From positions 592 through 64,591 of the forward strand of contig CAZWGA010000029.1 of NCBI GenBank assembly GCA_964633285.1: a stretch of 64,000 bases of DNA, given 5' to 3'. Positions 1-9,198 of this stretch are shown here, piece after piece. This DNA is from an uncultured Solibacteraceae bacterium. Its GTDB lineage: Bacteria > Acidobacteriota > Terriglobia > 20CM-2-55-15. How positions within the stretch are numbered: the first letter of the stretch is position 1; every line of letters starts with the position of its first letter. Below the pieces are notes generated by a model. That model saw only the letters and a list, made by a program, of their open reading frames with translations. It was not told where the DNA came from and made no database searches. Both the position numbers and the translations under genes were made by a program.

Positions 1-382
1 AATCGCGGGCGAACAAATTGAGTCTTCACGCCGCGCCTGCGAGCGCGCTGAAGCCATTGTGAACGCCGAATTAAAGCGCGGCCTTTCCGGTCTTGCGACA
101 ATCGGTGCAACGGCCCCGTTCGTGGGATTGTTTGGAACGACGGTCGGCATCATCAACGCGTTCAAAGGAATGTCGTCTGAAAAGACCGCCGGTTTGTCCA
201 CAGTCGCGGGCGGTATTTCGGAAGCTCTGGTCACCACGGCATTCGGTCTCTTCGTGGCCGTCCCTGCAGTGTGGGCATACAACTGGTTCACCAACAAGGT
301 CGAAGCATTCGGCATCGAAATGACGAACTCTTCTTCTGAGTTGATCGACTACTTCATCAAGCAGCACGGGGGAAGGAAGTAA
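1..382 (+). CDS. exbB: ExbB/TolQ (MotA/TolQ/ExbB proton-channel family), C-terminal part; the gene starts upstream of the window
   Basis: C-terminal TM helices and conserved motifs (GLxGTVxGxxxAF...AxGIxxAL) typical of ExbB/TolQ; followed directly by two ExbD genes. The ORF-track Met at 59 is internal. Confidence 0.8.
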   Translation, partial: IAGEQIESSRRACERAEAIVNAELKRGLSGLATIGATAPFVGLFGTTVGIINAFKGMSSEKTAGLSTVAGGISEALVTTAFGLFVAVPAVWAYNWFTNKVEAFGIEMTNSSSELIDYFIKQHGGRK

Positions 383-385
383 CTT

Positions 386-820
386 ATGGCAATGGGGTCA
401 AGCGGCGGTAGAGGAGAAGTTACCGCCGACATCAACGTTACGCCGATGGCCGACGTGATGCTTGTCCTTCTGATCATTTTCATGGTCGTTACTCCAATGT
501 TGCAGAAGGGCCAGCCCGTCGAACTACCCAAGACAAAGAACCCACTCGATATGAAAGAAGCCGATCGCGACGATTCGGTTATTGTGGCAATCACGCGCGA
601 CGGTAAATTCTATCTGGGCAATGACAAAGTCAGCGCTGATGACCTTGCCGGTAAAGTCAACGACCTGCTTGCGACGAAGCTTGAAAAGAAAGTCTTCGTC
701 AAAAGTGACGGTCGAGCCAAATACGGTGATGTCGTTTCGGTTGTGGACAACATCCGAAATGCCGGCGTGGATCAGGTGGGTTTGCTGACCGAACGCCTGG
801 ATGACCAGGTCCGCAAGTAG
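386..820 (+). CDS. exbD: ExbD/TolR biopolymer transport protein
   Basis: N-terminal 'ADINVTPMADVMLVLLIIFMV' TM motif followed by the ExbD periplasmic domain; 4-nt gap after exbB. Confidence 0.85.
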   Translation: MAMGSSGGRGEVTADINVTPMADVMLVLLIIFMVVTPMLQKGQPVELPKTKNPLDMKEADRDDSVIVAITRDGKFYLGNDKVSADDLAGKVNDLLATKLEKKVFVKSDGRAKYGDVVSVVDNIRNAGVDQVGLLTERLDDQVRK

Positions 821-826
821 GAGGGC

Positions 827-1258
827 GTGGTGAAAAAACTGAGAAAAAAGATTCAAGCCAAAGCGGATATCAATGTAACGCCGTTCATCGATATTCTGCT
901 GGTGTTGCTGGTGATCTTCATGACGATTACGCCGTTGACTCCGAAAGGTCTCGACGCGAATATTCCGCAGCCACCCCCGCCGGGAACGCCTCCTCCGCCA
1001 CCGGATGAGCTGAACAAGACGGTGGTCATTTCGATCGACAAGGCGGGCACGATCAAGATCAATCAGGATGTGTTCGAGCTTCGTTACCTCGGCGATCAAC
1101 TCCAGGACATTTTCAAGACGCGGAATGACCGCGTCGCCTTCGTCAATGCGGATCCGGATCTCCTTTATAAGGACGTCGTCGAAATCATCGACGTCGCGAA
1201 AGGCGCCGGCGTCGATAAGATCGGTCTGATGACCGAACAGATCAAAGCGGGAAAGTAG
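827..1258 (+). CDS. exbD: ExbD/TolR paralog (second copy, GTG start) with a Pro-rich insert
   Basis: 'ADINVTPFIDILLVLLVIFM' motif; 'PQPPPPGTPPPPP' linker; tandem to the first exbD. Confidence 0.8.
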   Translation: MVKKLRKKIQAKADINVTPFIDILLVLLVIFMTITPLTPKGLDANIPQPPPPGTPPPPPDELNKTVVISIDKAGTIKINQDVFELRYLGDQLQDIFKTRNDRVAFVNADPDLLYKDVVEIIDVAKGAGVDKIGLMTEQIKAGK

Positions 1259-1269
1259 GGAGGCATACG

Positions 1270-2025
1270 ATGAAGCGAAATGCAAAATTGATGCTCGCCC
1301 TCGTGGCGATCCTGGCGCTGAGCCTGACTAGCTGCGCGAAGCTGCAGGCGCGTGACAACCTGAACAAAGGGGTTCGCGCCTTCAGAGATGCTCACTACGA
1401 AAACGCGGTCAACTACTTCAAGGCCGCAGTCGAATTGGATCCGGAACTGACTACAGCTCAAATCTATCTCGCAACCGCCTACTCACAGCAGTACGTACCG
1501 AACGGACGCAGCGAAGGTAACGACAACAACGCCAAAATGGCGATTCAAACGTTCGAGGATGTTTTGAAGCATGATCCGAATAATGTGAACGCCATTGCGG
1601 GTCTCGCCAGCATGTATCAGAACCTCGGCCAGACGGACACAAGCCAGTTTCAAAAAGCACACGACTACTATGTGAAATATGCGCAACTGGATTCGTCCAA
1701 TCCCGTTCCTTATTACGCCATCGGAAGCGTCGACTGGATCATCGTTTACAACAAAAACAACCCACCACCGGAAGATGAGCAGAACAAGCTGATCGATGAA
1801 GGTATCGCCAATCTGGACAAAGCGCTGGCTTTGAACCCGGACTACGAGGATGCGATGACATACAAGAACCTCCTTTATCGAGAGAAAGCTCGTCTCGCTC
1901 CTGAATCCGACAAGAAGGATCTCATCGCTAAAGCGGACGAGTGGTTCAACAAGTCGCTTGAAACGCGAAAGAGGCTGGCGGAAAAGAAGAAGAGCGCTGC
2001 GGTTGGAGCAGACGCCGGTAAATAA
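1270..2025 (+). CDS. TPR-repeat lipoprotein (signal peptide plus lipobox LTSC), fourth gene of the exbBDD operon
   Basis: N-terminal 'MKRNAKLMLALVAILALSLTSC' lipoprotein signal; TPR-like A/Y/L periodicity (AVNYFKAAVELDP..., AIAGLASMYQNLGQ...). Confidence 0.65.
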   Translation: MKRNAKLMLALVAILALSLTSCAKLQARDNLNKGVRAFRDAHYENAVNYFKAAVELDPELTTAQIYLATAYSQQYVPNGRSEGNDNNAKMAIQTFEDVLKHDPNNVNAIAGLASMYQNLGQTDTSQFQKAHDYYVKYAQLDSSNPVPYYAIGSVDWIIVYNKNNPPPEDEQNKLIDEGIANLDKALALNPDYEDAMTYKNLLYREKARLAPESDKKDLIAKADEWFNKSLETRKRLAEKKKSAAVGADAGK

Positions 2026-2041
2026 AAACAGGAAACATAAG

Positions 2042-2125
2042 AAACACGCATTTGAGAGTGGAGATCCCAGAATCTGAGATCTCAAATATTGGGATCTCCA
2101 CTCTCAAATGCGTGTTTTTGCGTTT
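2042..2125. terminator. Intrinsic terminator: perfect 28-bp stem (2042-2069 pairs with 2090-2117), 20-nt loop with an inner 10-nt palindrome, then a T-rich tract
   Basis: Reverse complement of 2042-2069 equals 2090-2117 exactly; followed by 'ttttgcgtttctgtttctc'; upstream flank is also A/T-rich, so it could work in both directions. Confidence 0.6.
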
Positions 2126-2150
2126 CTGTTTCTCTATGTAATCATGGTTC

Positions 2151-4328
2151 ATGATCCGCCTTGAAACCATTCTCGATCAGGTCGAAAAGCATCATCCCGG
2201 GGATCAACTCGACCTGATTCGGCGGGCTTATATCTTTTCAGCCAAGGAACATAAAGGGCAGGTGCGCGCCTCAGGCGAGCCTTACTTGACGCATCCTCTC
2301 GAAGTCGCGAACCTTCTGGCGGAGATGAAGATGGATGCGGTTACGGTGAGCGTCGGTCTCCTGCACGATGTGGTCGAGGATACACTCACGACGCTTGAAA
2401 AGATCGAGGAACTCTTTGGCCCGGAAGTCGCGCACATCGTCGATGGTGTAACCAAGATCAGCCAGATTCAATTTACTTCCAAGGAAGAAAAACAGGCCGA
2501 AAACTTCCGCAAGATGCTGCTGGCCATGACCGACGATATTCGCGTCATCATGGTGAAGTTTGCAGACCGCCTGCACAACATGCGAACCCTCGCCTACCTT
2601 CCTGCCGATCGGCGCGAAGCGATCGCGCGCGAAACGATGGACATTTACGCGCCGCTCGCAAATCGGCTCGGGATGGGGAAAATTCGCGGTGAGCTCGAGG
2701 ATCTTGCGTTCAGTTATCTGGATCCCAAGGCTTACCAGGAGTTGAAGGACATCGTCGAGCGGAATCGCAGAAAGTATGAAGTCTTTCTCGCCGAGGTTAC
2801 GCGAATTGTCGAAGACAAGATGAAGGAGCACGCGATTCCGTGTTTTGTCGATTCGCGGATCAAACGGCTTTATTCGATCTATATAAAGTTGAAGAAGCAG
2901 CGAATCACCGTCGATCAGGTCTACGATCTCCTGGCTCTGCGCATCATCTCCGACAGCGTACAGAACTGTTATGCGGCACTGGGTGTGATTCACAATACCT
3001 GGAGGCCTGTTCCCGGGCGCATCAAGGATTTCATCGCCATGCCCCGGCCGAATATGTATCAGTCTCTCCACACGTCTGTCATTGCCGGCGGCCAGCCGTT
3101 TGAAGTTCAGATTCGAACCGAGGAAATGCATCGCATCGCGGAGGAAGGCATTGCCGCTCATTGGAAATACAAGGACGGCAAACTGGTTGCGGACGATCGC
3201 GAAGATCAGCGCGTGTCGTGGCTGCGCCACCTCGTCGAATGGCAGCAGGAGATGAAGGATCCGGCGGATTTTCTGAGTACGTTGAAAATCGACCTCTATC
3301 CGGAAGAGGTATACACGTTCACGCCGAAGGGGAAGGTCATCACGCTGCCGAGAGATGCCACACCGATCGATTTCGCATATGCCATTCACACTGAAGTCGG
3401 TCACTCCTGTGTCGGATCGAAGATCAATGGCCGTATGACGCCCTTGCGCAGCAAGCTAAGGAATGGCGATATCGTTGAGATCGTGACGCAACCGGGCCAC
3501 AAACCCAGCCGGGACTGGCTCGCTTTCGTCAAGACATCGCGCGCGCGCAACAAAATCCGGCATTGGCTTACCGAGCAGGAGAGCGAGAAGGCGATCGAGT
3601 TGGGTAGAAAGATGCTCGAGAAGGAAGCGCGCAAGTACAAGCAGAATGCGAGAGACCTTCTTGAGAGCGAGTTGCTTCAGGAAATCCTGCCGGAGTTCGG
3701 ATCCAGCAAAGTGGAGGATCTGTTATCCGCCATCGGTTATGGAAAGGTGTCCGCAAAGAATGTCATCACGCGCCTCTCACCCGACGGACTGCAGGAAACT
3801 GTTCCGGAAGAAGAATCGAGAATCGCGTCCGTTGTTAAGCGTGTTCTGGGTTTGGGCACGGATGCAAAGCTTCAGGTAAGAGGATTCGACGATCTCCTGG
3901 TTTATCGCGCCAAATGCTGCAACCCGATTCGCGGCGAGGAAGTGATCGGCTACATCACCCGCGGCAAAGGGGTGGCCGTGCACTCGAAGAATTGTTCTAA
4001 CGTCCAGAATCTCATGTATGAAGCGGACCGTAAGATCGAGGTGGAATGGGCCGGTACAGCGCCCGCCGCCGAAGCTTACGCCGTGCAGTTGACGATTCTT
4101 ACCGAGGACCGTCCCGGCATGCTGGCGGAAATTGCGGCGGCGATTTCAGAAGTGCGATCGAATATTTTGAATCTTGAAGCGAGAACATCCGATGAACGGG
4201 GTACGATCGATATCACCGTTGAAATTCCCGATATGAAACATCTCGAACGTGTCATTGCCTCCGTCAAGAAAATCGACGGCGTGTATGATGTGACGCGTTC
4301 TACAAAAACCGTCAATACTGCACGATAA
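2151..4328 (+). CDS. rel: Bifunctional (p)ppGpp synthetase/hydrolase Rel/SpoT (HD, RelA_SpoT synthetase, TGS and ACT domains)
   Basis: HD motif 'HDVVEDT'; synthetase region 'DxxALRIIxD...RxKDFIAxPRPNMYQSLHT'; TGS 'VYTFTPKGKVITLP'; C-terminal ACT; 725 aa. Confidence 0.93.
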   Translation: MIRLETILDQVEKHHPGDQLDLIRRAYIFSAKEHKGQVRASGEPYLTHPLEVANLLAEMKMDAVTVSVGLLHDVVEDTLTTLEKIEELFGPEVAHIVDGVTKISQIQFTSKEEKQAENFRKMLLAMTDDIRVIMVKFADRLHNMRTLAYLPADRREAIARETMDIYAPLANRLGMGKIRGELEDLAFSYLDPKAYQELKDIVERNRRKYEVFLAEVTRIVEDKMKEHAIPCFVDSRIKRLYSIYIKLKKQRITVDQVYDLLALRIISDSVQNCYAALGVIHNTWRPVPGRIKDFIAMPRPNMYQSLHTSVIAGGQPFEVQIRTEEMHRIAEEGIAAHWKYKDGKLVADDREDQRVSWLRHLVEWQQEMKDPADFLSTLKIDLYPEEVYTFTPKGKVITLPRDATPIDFAYAIHTEVGHSCVGSKINGRMTPLRSKLRNGDIVEIVTQPGHKPSRDWLAFVKTSRARNKIRHWLTEQESEKAIELGRKMLEKEARKYKQNARDLLESELLQEILPEFGSSKVEDLLSAIGYGKVSAKNVITRLSPDGLQETVPEEESRIASVVKRVLGLGTDAKLQVRGFDDLLVYRAKCCNPIRGEEVIGYITRGKGVAVHSKNCSNVQNLMYEADRKIEVEWAGTAPAAEAYAVQLTILTEDRPGMLAEIAAAISEVRSNILNLEARTSDERGTIDITVEIPDMKHLERVIASVKKIDGVYDVTRSTKTVNTAR

Positions 4329-4333
4329 CTCTT

Positions 4334-4720
4334 ATGATCGATAAAAAGGTTGTCTCCACGACACTGGCTCCATCGGCAATCGGTCCATATTCGCAAGGTA
4401 TCCGCGCGGGAAATCTGCTTTTCGTATCGGGACAAGTCCCGATCGATCCCGCGACGGGAAACCTCATCAGCGACAAAAGCATCCAGGCTCAAACGCGGCG
4501 TGCCCTTCAGAATCTTTTGGCGATTGTTTCTGCGGCCGGCGGCTCCGCGGACAACATCGTCAGAACAACGGTGTTCCTTAAAGATATGGGACAATTTGCG
4601 GATATGAACGCCGTTTATGCGGAGTTCTTTCCATCAAGTCCGCCCGCGCGTTCCACCATAGAGGCAGCCCGTCTGCCTAAAGACGTATCGATCGAAATCG
4701 ATTGCATCGCGATACTTTGA
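4334..4720 (+). CDS. ridA: RidA/YjgF reactive-intermediate (enamine/imine) deaminase
   Basis: 128 aa with 'APSAIGPYSQG...VSGQVPIDP...TVFLKDM' RidA signature; commonly sits next to rel. Confidence 0.85.
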   Translation: MIDKKVVSTTLAPSAIGPYSQGIRAGNLLFVSGQVPIDPATGNLISDKSIQAQTRRALQNLLAIVSAAGGSADNIVRTTVFLKDMGQFADMNAVYAEFFPSSPPARSTIEAARLPKDVSIEIDCIAIL

Positions 4721-4721
4721 A

Positions 4722-7700
4722 TTACTTGATTCGCTTGCGGAACTTGATATCCAGTCCGAAGTTTCCGAGTTCATCACGCGACGCCAGAATCGAAGTGTTT
4801 TGACTGACGAAGTATTCAATCAGGATGACTTGCTGCCGGTTTGACGACAGGTCCGAAGAGTACGTGATCGAAAGATCCTTCGTCACCGTCTGAGACACAG
4901 TGATACGCGGCCGGGTGCCGGTTTCCGCGCCGATCCCAAAAGGATCTATGTGAACTTTGCTGCCGCCGAGTAAGCCGAGCCGGTTTCCCACACGTTCCTG
5001 TAGAAGATCGAACAGAATATTTCCAGCCGCGCTTTGAAAGAGTTGTTCACTCGTGGGCAGGCTTGTTGCCGTCCCGGGCCGGGCCGCAATTTCCTCACGG
5101 GTTCGTCCTCCTGCGATCAAGCTCACGATTTCGAGTTCCGGTAATGGTGGATCGGACCGCATAGCCAGCTTGGGTTCATTTCCGCGGCCTGTTATCGAAA
5201 GAATGACGCGATAATCGCGGACCTGCGATTCGGCCTCGATATCAATGACGGGATCGATGCGCACCGGATCAACGAAATCAATCGTGCCGCGCGTAATCGA
5301 GTAACGATTGCCTTGAAAAAGCAGACTGCCGCCACTGACTTCGATGTGGCCGGTGAGGGATGGATCTCCAACTGTTCCTTTCACGTCCAGATCGACGCGC
5401 GCTTCCACATCCGCCAGTTGATTCTGGATCGTGATATTCCGGCCTCCTTCAACATGCAGGGAGAGACGCATGGCGCTGAATGATGAAGAGCCGCCTGTCG
5501 CACTGCGTTCCCGGAGCAGAGCGAGGAAGTCTTCGAAGTTGCTTCGATAGGCCATGTTCTCGATTTGAATGCGCCCCTGGAGAAGCGGTGATTCCCAGGC
5601 GCCCTGCAGGACAAGTGATCCGTCGACGACTGCGCGCAGTCCCTCTTCAGGCCGAAAGCGGACCTTCTCGGCGTCAATCCTGATATTCATTGCCTGAACC
5701 GCGAACTTTTCCAGACGGGCTGTGCCCTGCGCGCTTACGGTACCCCCTCCCATTTGGCCCGAGATGTTCGTGACCGTCACCTGATCCTGATTAAAGAACA
5801 GATCACCGTTCACGTTGGACAGCCTGTTAAATAAACCCCGCCGTCCGAACGTGGCATTCAAAAGGTGCGCCTGTCCGTTAAGCTGAGGCAAATCCGGAGT
5901 GCCGGTAACCTGCATGCGTACGACATTGACCTTTCCGTCTGTGATCCACTCCGCGTCCTCGACGGGAATCAACGCCAGATCGACTTCTCCGGTGATGTTC
6001 AAATTCAAGGGCGCTCGTTCCAGGAGAGCGACAGTTCCTGAAACGTTGACCTGGGTAGCCCTCCCGGTCAATGTCATATCCGAAAGCGTTACCCGATCCG
6101 GGAACAGATCGAACGTGAAGGGTTTCGTTGTTCGAAGCGGAGTATTTTGAAATTTGAAGTCCGCTTCAATCCGCCCCTGGCCGCGTAATTGTGTTCGATC
6201 CTTCAGGAATCCATCCAGATTCGCGTTCCCTGACGCCCGAATTTGAGAGATATTGCCGATGTCCTTAATCGGGTATTGAGTCAAGGTGGCCTGCGCCTTG
6301 AAAGGATAACCGGCGCCGGCAGTATCGATTTGAGCTGTAAGCGCTATGTTCCGGGCAGTCGTCAGCGTTAAATCCAGTCTCGTTCCAGTTGAAGTCAGCT
6401 TGACTTGAGCCTGTGAAAAAGATTCGCCGCGGACGGAAAGATTTTCTATCGTCGCGTCCCCGATTAAATTCGGCCGAGTGATTGTTCCATCCGCGCGAAG
6501 ATCGGCTTGACGAATAACTCCTTCGACCGAGTCCGGAAATCCCAGCGCATCAAGAAGGCGAAGATTGACCGAATTTCCGCGAACCGTGAATTTCAACGCA
6601 TCCGTGCTGCGATTGAAGCCGACACTGCCAGTCAGCGTGGCGCCGTTTTGACGTATCGAAAGTTGGTCGATTTCAACTGTGGGGTCGGCATATCGAACGT
6701 GCCCGCGCGCCGTCCCTACCAGATGGTTTTCGATCGAAAAATTATCCGCCCGGACGTCGCCCTCGGCTTTGATGGCCGGAGAAAGTGACGCGACGTGCAT
6801 GTCGCCGCCAAAGATCCCGTTAATGTTAACGTTGACGAATGCTTTCAGATCCAGAGCGTTGACGTGATCGGACTGTATGCGCAGGTCTGATGTTGTTCCT
6901 GAAAGCGTTGTTGGGCCGTTGACCAGGATTTGCGATTCCCCCTGTGTTATTCGGACATTCGTCAGAAAAGCGTTTTCCAGCATCGTATCCAGCCTTGCCG
7001 TACCCGTGGCATGCTGAATTTTCCACTGTCCGCGGTAAACATGATTGTCGGCCGTGAAACTTCCGTTCAGTACCGGCGCCGCGATTCGGCCCGTTAGTTG
7101 ACCATCGAAGGAGCCGCTGCCGTTGGCATCGGAGTAAAGAAAGGTAATGTCTTTCAGATTTGAAGAGACGGCGTGGACAACGAGGTCCGACATCGTTCGA
7201 TGGATCAAGCCTTCGGCCTTGACCGCAGTTGAATAGAAACGCACGTCCGCGTTGCTTACTCTCGCCTGACCTGGCTGCGTCGCGTAATCGGTGGAACCGT
7301 CCAAAGGCAATGGGATGAGACCGGCAGTGCCCCCGGGTGTATAGCTCTTGAAAGCGGCATGACCTGAAAAATCAAATCGCGCGAGCTTTCCTTCAAACCA
7401 TCCGTTCAAGGTTCCAGTCATCGTTGAAAAAACGCGATACTTTGGATCCCACGGATAAGCGCGCGCCATTTGAGCGGCGTCAACACCGTCATAATCGATG
7501 TCCAGATTCACCCTCGACTCGCCCGGTAAATTGTCGATGACGGCGTTTCCCGAAACCGAGCCACCGATGATTGCGGATTTCATTTTGCGGAAAGACAGTC
7601 GTTTGTCCGGATAACGGTAGGCGTACTCGCCGGAAAACCTGGACGCACGCCACCCTTCGAAATCCACCTCATCCGATATGGTATTGCCCTGCGTGAAGAA

Positions 7701-8576
7701 ATAGCCTGGAGAGAATTCGAGGAAGCCCGCGACCGCGGCCTTGCCCCCGAAACTTTCCTTCGTGAAAAAATAATTGAGGAAAGGGACCTGAACGTTGCCC
7801 TTGTAGTCGAGTTTTCCGGAAATATTGTGAGAGAGAAGCTGGTTGACCCTTCCCTGCAACTGGATTTCATTCGCTCCGGATGTCACAACAACCTTCTGCG
7901 CGATCAGCGTCGCCCGCGTGTAATCGAGATCGGCTGAAAGAGAATACGGAATGGCCGGTTTTTCACTGTCAGTACGGTCGAGCACTCCGTCATAGCGCAG
8001 ATGACTTTCAAGAACTTCACGGCTGCCGTGATAGTTGAGCAATGCTGAAAGGTTTCGTAATGAAAAATCGATATCGACCTGCCTTTCATTCATCAAGGCA
8101 GAACCGGAAACGACGTTGAAATTCTGAATCGAGATTGTGAAGCCCAATGGCTTTTCATCCGGCCGCGAACGGGGTGCGGGGAAATTGGTCTTTCCGTCCT
8201 TGCTTACCAGAATATGGAAGTCGGGGTGATTGACCGTCAGCTCAAACAGATCGATATGTTTTTCCAGAAGTGTACGAATATTCAAACCGATATCGATGCT
8301 CTCGACGTGCGCCAGCGGCGCCTGCCCGGCGGGTTCGAGGCCATGAAGCGTGAGGTCTTCGATATGGAAGTGACGGCGCAACAAATTCCAGTTGAAACGT
8401 TGCAACGTAACGGTGGCGCCGGTCCGCTTTTCGATTTCCTGAACAATATAGTCTCGCGCTCTCGCGTGGAATGCGGATGAATTGAGGTAAGCGAGAAAGA
8501 TCCCGGCGGCTCCAAGGACGACGAATAGGATGATTCCAAGTCCCGCAAGAATGCGGCGCCTATTCAAAAACTTCAA
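4722..8576 (-). CDS. tamB: TamB-like translocation and assembly module protein (AsmA/DUF490 family), 1284 aa
   Basis: N-terminal TM anchor 'ILAGLGIILFVVLGAAGIF'; very long beta-rich repeat region; conserved C-terminal DUF490-like end; downstream of bamA. Confidence 0.8.
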   Translation of the reverse strand: MKFLNRRRILAGLGIILFVVLGAAGIFLAYLNSSAFHARARDYIVQEIEKRTGATVTLQRFNWNLLRRHFHIEDLTLHGLEPAGQAPLAHVESIDIGLNIRTLLEKHIDLFELTVNHPDFHILVSKDGKTNFPAPRSRPDEKPLGFTISIQNFNVVSGSALMNERQVDIDFSLRNLSALLNYHGSREVLESHLRYDGVLDRTDSEKPAIPYSLSADLDYTRATLIAQKVVVTSGANEIQLQGRVNQLLSHNISGKLDYKGNVQVPFLNYFFTKESFGGKAAVAGFLEFSPGYFFTQGNTISDEVDFEGWRASRFSGEYAYRYPDKRLSFRKMKSAIIGGSVSGNAVIDNLPGESRVNLDIDYDGVDAAQMARAYPWDPKYRVFSTMTGTLNGWFEGKLARFDFSGHAAFKSYTPGGTAGLIPLPLDGSTDYATQPGQARVSNADVRFYSTAVKAEGLIHRTMSDLVVHAVSSNLKDITFLYSDANGSGSFDGQLTGRIAAPVLNGSFTADNHVYRGQWKIQHATGTARLDTMLENAFLTNVRITQGESQILVNGPTTLSGTTSDLRIQSDHVNALDLKAFVNVNINGIFGGDMHVASLSPAIKAEGDVRADNFSIENHLVGTARGHVRYADPTVEIDQLSIRQNGATLTGSVGFNRSTDALKFTVRGNSVNLRLLDALGFPDSVEGVIRQADLRADGTITRPNLIGDATIENLSVRGESFSQAQVKLTSTGTRLDLTLTTARNIALTAQIDTAGAGYPFKAQATLTQYPIKDIGNISQIRASGNANLDGFLKDRTQLRGQGRIEADFKFQNTPLRTTKPFTFDLFPDRVTLSDMTLTGRATQVNVSGTVALLERAPLNLNITGEVDLALIPVEDAEWITDGKVNVVRMQVTGTPDLPQLNGQAHLLNATFGRRGLFNRLSNVNGDLFFNQDQVTVTNISGQMGGGTVSAQGTARLEKFAVQAMNIRIDAEKVRFRPEEGLRAVVDGSLVLQGAWESPLLQGRIQIENMAYRSNFEDFLALLRERSATGGSSSFSAMRLSLHVEGGRNITIQNQLADVEARVDLDVKGTVGDPSLTGHIEVSGGSLLFQGNRYSITRGTIDFVDPVRIDPVIDIEAESQVRDYRVILSITGRGNEPKLAMRSDPPLPELEIVSLIAGGRTREEIAARPGTATSLPTSEQLFQSAAGNILFDLLQERVGNRLGLLGGSKVHIDPFGIGAETGTRPRITVSQTVTKDLSITYSSDLSSNRQQVILIEYFVSQNTSILASRDELGNFGLDIKFRKRIK

Positions 8577-9198
8577 TGTCGCTCCTTCTGCGAATCGCGT
8601 CGAGCCAGATGTTCACTTCGTGATTCAGGCTTTCCGTCAGCACGGCGTTCCTTATTTGTTCAACAATCTGCGGCAGTGGAGGAACTGCGCCGCGGGTCCG
8701 GGCTTTGGGCACAAAAACATCATCGTAGTATTTTCGGATTTCTTCATCGGACGGATGGATGAATTGCCGGAATCGAGCATCAAAATACTTGTCTCTTCGG
8801 ATTCGTTTGCGTACGGCATCCCGGACCGACTCGTCCCGTTGACTTTCTGTGCCCGCTGGTTTCAGGTACGCATCGATCTCCGCATCCGTGACATCGATGC
8901 CCGGGAAATCCGTCAGTTGAGTCTGGATGAAATAGTCATCGATGACTTCCTGGAGCAATTCCTTGTCATCGGCGGGAGATGTTTCACCGAGTGTGGAACG
9001 GACTTTTCGTTCCTGCCGCAGGTCACTGGCGGTAATGACATGAGAGTCCATGATCGCAACAATACGATCGATGATTTCCGCCCGGCCTGCCGCCGCGAGC
9101 CACATCCACACGAAGACCAGAAACACCGGGTTCGCCGTGTTCCTAGAAAGGATTTCCGAGCGTGAAGAAGATATGAAATCTTTTTTCATTTTGCCCAT
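8560..9198 (-). CDS. SurA N-terminal-domain chaperone-like periplasmic protein with no parvulin domain; start codon uncertain
   Basis: 'IDRIVAIMDSHVITASDL' matches the SurA_N signature; hydrophobic signal segment; sits between bamA and tamB. The ORF-track start overlaps the bamA 3' end by 56 nt, so the real start is probably further downstream. Confidence 0.6.
   Translation of the reverse strand: MGKMKKDFISSSRSEILSRNTANPVFLVFVWMWLAAAGRAEIIDRIVAIMDSHVITASDLRQERKVRSTLGETSPADDKELLQEVIDDYFIQTQLTDFPGIDVTDAEIDAYLKPAGTESQRDESVRDAVRKRIRRDKYFDARFRQFIHPSDEEIRKYYDDVFVPKARTRGAVPPLPQIVEQIRNAVLTESLNHEVNIWLDAIRRRSDIEVFE

Noticed and set aside
524-1285. Long antisense ORFs throughout (e.g. 524..1285-, 2271..3404-, 29276..30211+, 34092..34916+, 43880..44566+, 50003..51001+, 17111..17959-, 18121..18996-, 24489..25280-, 20174..20563-)
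   Set aside because: All lie opposite strongly conserved, motif-bearing genes in a high-GC genome where stop-codon-poor antisense frames are expected. No motifs or coupling signals were seen in them.
8560-9198. Skp (OmpH) as the identity of the gene downstream of bamA
   Set aside because: The sequence lacks the Lys-rich coiled-coil character of Skp and instead carries the SurA_N signature (IDRIVAIMDSHVITASDL); it is called SurA-N-like.
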